Positions 62,401-64,000 of a DNA stretch of 64,000 nt are shown here, in pieces (position 1 is the first letter of the stretch; each line of letters begins with the position of its first letter). A program made the translations under genes and the position numbers. The notes below the pieces were generated by a model. That model was not told the origin of the DNA. It made no database searches and worked only from the letters and a program-made list of their open reading frames with translations. The stretch comes from Balanoglossus misakiensis (Eukaryota; Animalia; Hemichordata): NCBI GenBank assembly GCA_040954595.2, contig CM082587.2, positions 6,809,705-6,873,704 on the forward strand. The letters run 5' to 3'.

Positions 62401-63814
62401 GAAACGATGCCGAGTGCCAGGGAGCCTGGAATGACTATTCATGCACATGTTCTCCGGACTTTACTGGAGTCGACTGCTCAGAAGGTAGGAAGATTAAATA
62501 TGCTGGCATTATCTCAGAAAGGAAAAAAAAACAGTCGGATTGTTCTCTGCAGATATTCAGTTATATTCACTGGAATTGAATCATTGAGGAGAAACGCTGT
62601 AAATTTGATTCCCCCCAAGAAGTTAACTGTGACATTCTTATATCCAATTCAAAGACAAAACACATGCCATGCAAAGGCCTTAATTAATATGTGATAGATT
62701 GCATGCTTTTGTGGAACTTTACCTCAGGCGCTCAAGGAAATGTTCCATGTTTGAATTTTGCATGTGGCGATGTGTGTACTGTAACATTGATGCAGAATTT
62801 CCAGGACTTTGACCCAAACATATGGACACTTAACGCACCCCTAACCCTAAGCACTGCAGGGTGCACTGGGTTTATATTGTCCAGGTATACAGTCACCTCC
62901 AATTTACATACGCCCATATATGGCTGAAATGGCGTATTTGGGCATTCTAAAGAACATATGGTAGCGCTCTTTTTCACGTGTGCCACCCACTGAAAATCCG
63001 TGATTGGCTAGATCTCATTTTGCCATGGTAACTATAGCTATAATTTTCAATGGGTGACCATATACCTTAACCCTCCCATTACAGTGATCACTGATTTTTT
63101 CCATTGATGAAATCCTGTGTTTCTGTCCACAGTCAAGGGCAGCAGCTACAACGGCGTCGACAGTAACCTCAACGTGATTCTGGACACGACTCTGGTCAGC
63201 TTTGGCGATCACTTCTCGTTCGACTTCCGCACCAGAGACGGCGATGCCATCGTCATTCGCGTCGACCTCTTCTCCGCCAGCGTTACCGGCGTCATGTCGT
63301 ACTTCCTGTTCAGAATCACAAACAGTCAGCCCGTGCTGGAAGTCAACTTTGGCCAAGGTACGAAGCAGTTTTTTTTATGATTTTCAGACAAACATTCTTA
63401 TTATTCTCAGCTAAGCTATCATAAGGCCAATTTTAATGGTGAGATGCATATATTTGGATTTGATTTGGGATTTTAGTTGAAATCAAATGCCAAGATCTGC
63501 TTGGACGAAACAATTCTGAAAGGTTGAACTTGTATGTTTTGTTTGATTTTGTCTTGATTTGACACTGAGAATGTATAATTCCATCCTATCCTATCCCACT
63601 AAATATTTTCTGGATTCCAATGCAGGTAGCGAATATCTGAACATTCCGGAGTTTGTTACGTTGGGTGAATGGATGACTGTGGCATGGACCAGACAGCGGG
63701 ATAAAGTCACCTTGACTTTCCGTGGATCTCAGTACGAGCTGACTGGGAATTATCCGATGTACCAATCGGAGAGGAATGATATCGTCAATGTTTATCTGGG
63801 CGCTTATCCTGGAG
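44487..63814 (+). CDS. Large secreted/membrane EGF-repeat and laminin-G protein (Crumbs/eyes-shut-like); 3' end lies beyond the window
   Basis: 29 phase-consistent GT-AG exons: 44487-44538, 44661-44935, 45417-45629, 46090-46328, 46503-46596, 46932-47073, 47601-47808, 48463-48698, 50593-50808, 51277-51399, 52173-52506, 52807-53729, 54138-54341, 54530-54670, 54993-55206, 55596-55867, 56276-56482, 57041-57421, 57859-58086, 58281-58394, 58590-58808, 59319-59530, 59938-60276, 60497-60850, 61195-61360, 61753-61897, 62261-62484, 63133-63357, 63626-63814 (~2,296 aa). Signal peptide [24 protein letters not shown], LamG motifs ([37 protein letters not shown]) and Ca-binding EGF repeats (IDECxSNPCxNGATC). 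Confidence 0.9.
47857..48069. mobile_element. ~210-bp MITE with ~25-bp TIRs and TA target duplication (Tc1/mariner-superfamily-like), copy 1
   Basis: TA-CTGTAAAACACTTTATTTTCGCGAG ... CTCGCGAAAATAAAGTGTTTTACAG-TA, intronic; a second copy is at 61366-61576. Confidence 0.88.
56596..56755. mobile_element. ~160-bp MITE-like element with 15-bp terminal inverted repeats
   Basis: ATACCAGTATATTGA (56596-56610) and TCAATATACTGGTAT (56741-56755) in an intron; no clear TSD. Confidence 0.55.
61366..61576. mobile_element. ~210-bp MITE, copy 2 of the 47857-48069 family
   Basis: Same TIRs (CTGTAAAACACTTTATTTTCGC / GCGAAAATAAAGTGTTTTACAG), TA flanks and alignable interior (GATATCGAGAGAGGCCA, TTCTCTTATTTCATTCACTGCATCG). 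Confidence 0.88.
62136..62169. mobile_element. 34-bp micro-palindromic insertion with 5-bp flanking duplication
   Basis: CCATGGAGGTAC-N10-GTACCTCCATGG is a perfect 12-bp inverted repeat flanked by TTCAT on both sides. Confidence 0.55.
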
Positions 63815-64000
63815 GTAAAACTTAAATTTATCCTTTTGTGAGGATGGAGGTTGTGTGTGGATGCGTGTATCTGTTGATCTGATGATTCAGTCCCTGGATC
63901 ATTTCTAAATCCAATATGTGGATTTTAAATAGAACCCTTAGATTTTATCTACATGTATCAGAATGGCAGTAGATCACCTTTGGTCTTTGTGAATGAAATA

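Overview
Intron-rich animal genomic DNA, probably an invertebrate deuterostome (inferred from composition and gene content). Four protein-coding genes were reconstructed by hand from GT-AG splice sites with consistent phases. Two are Gfi1/senseless-family SNAG + 6xC2H2 repressors arranged head-to-head, with ATGs 15.3 kb apart. The third is an SLC16/MCT-family transporter. The fourth is the 5' ~2,300 aa of a very large signal-peptide protein with 2 LamG, ~33 EGF and alternating LamG/EGF modules (Crumbs/EYS-like), running off the window. The main observation is the Gfi pair. Exons 1-3 are ~96-98% identical at DNA level, while introns, UTRs and exon 4 are old and divergent, with sharp tract boundaries; this suggests exon-restricted concerted evolution. 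The two zinc finger 6 sequences resemble vertebrate GFI1 and GFI1B respectively (from recalled sequences), and both promoters keep a 26-bp octamer/AATC/TATA-like element. Several MITEs, microsatellites and a CTCF-like site are also present. All counts are manual; no database searches were run.
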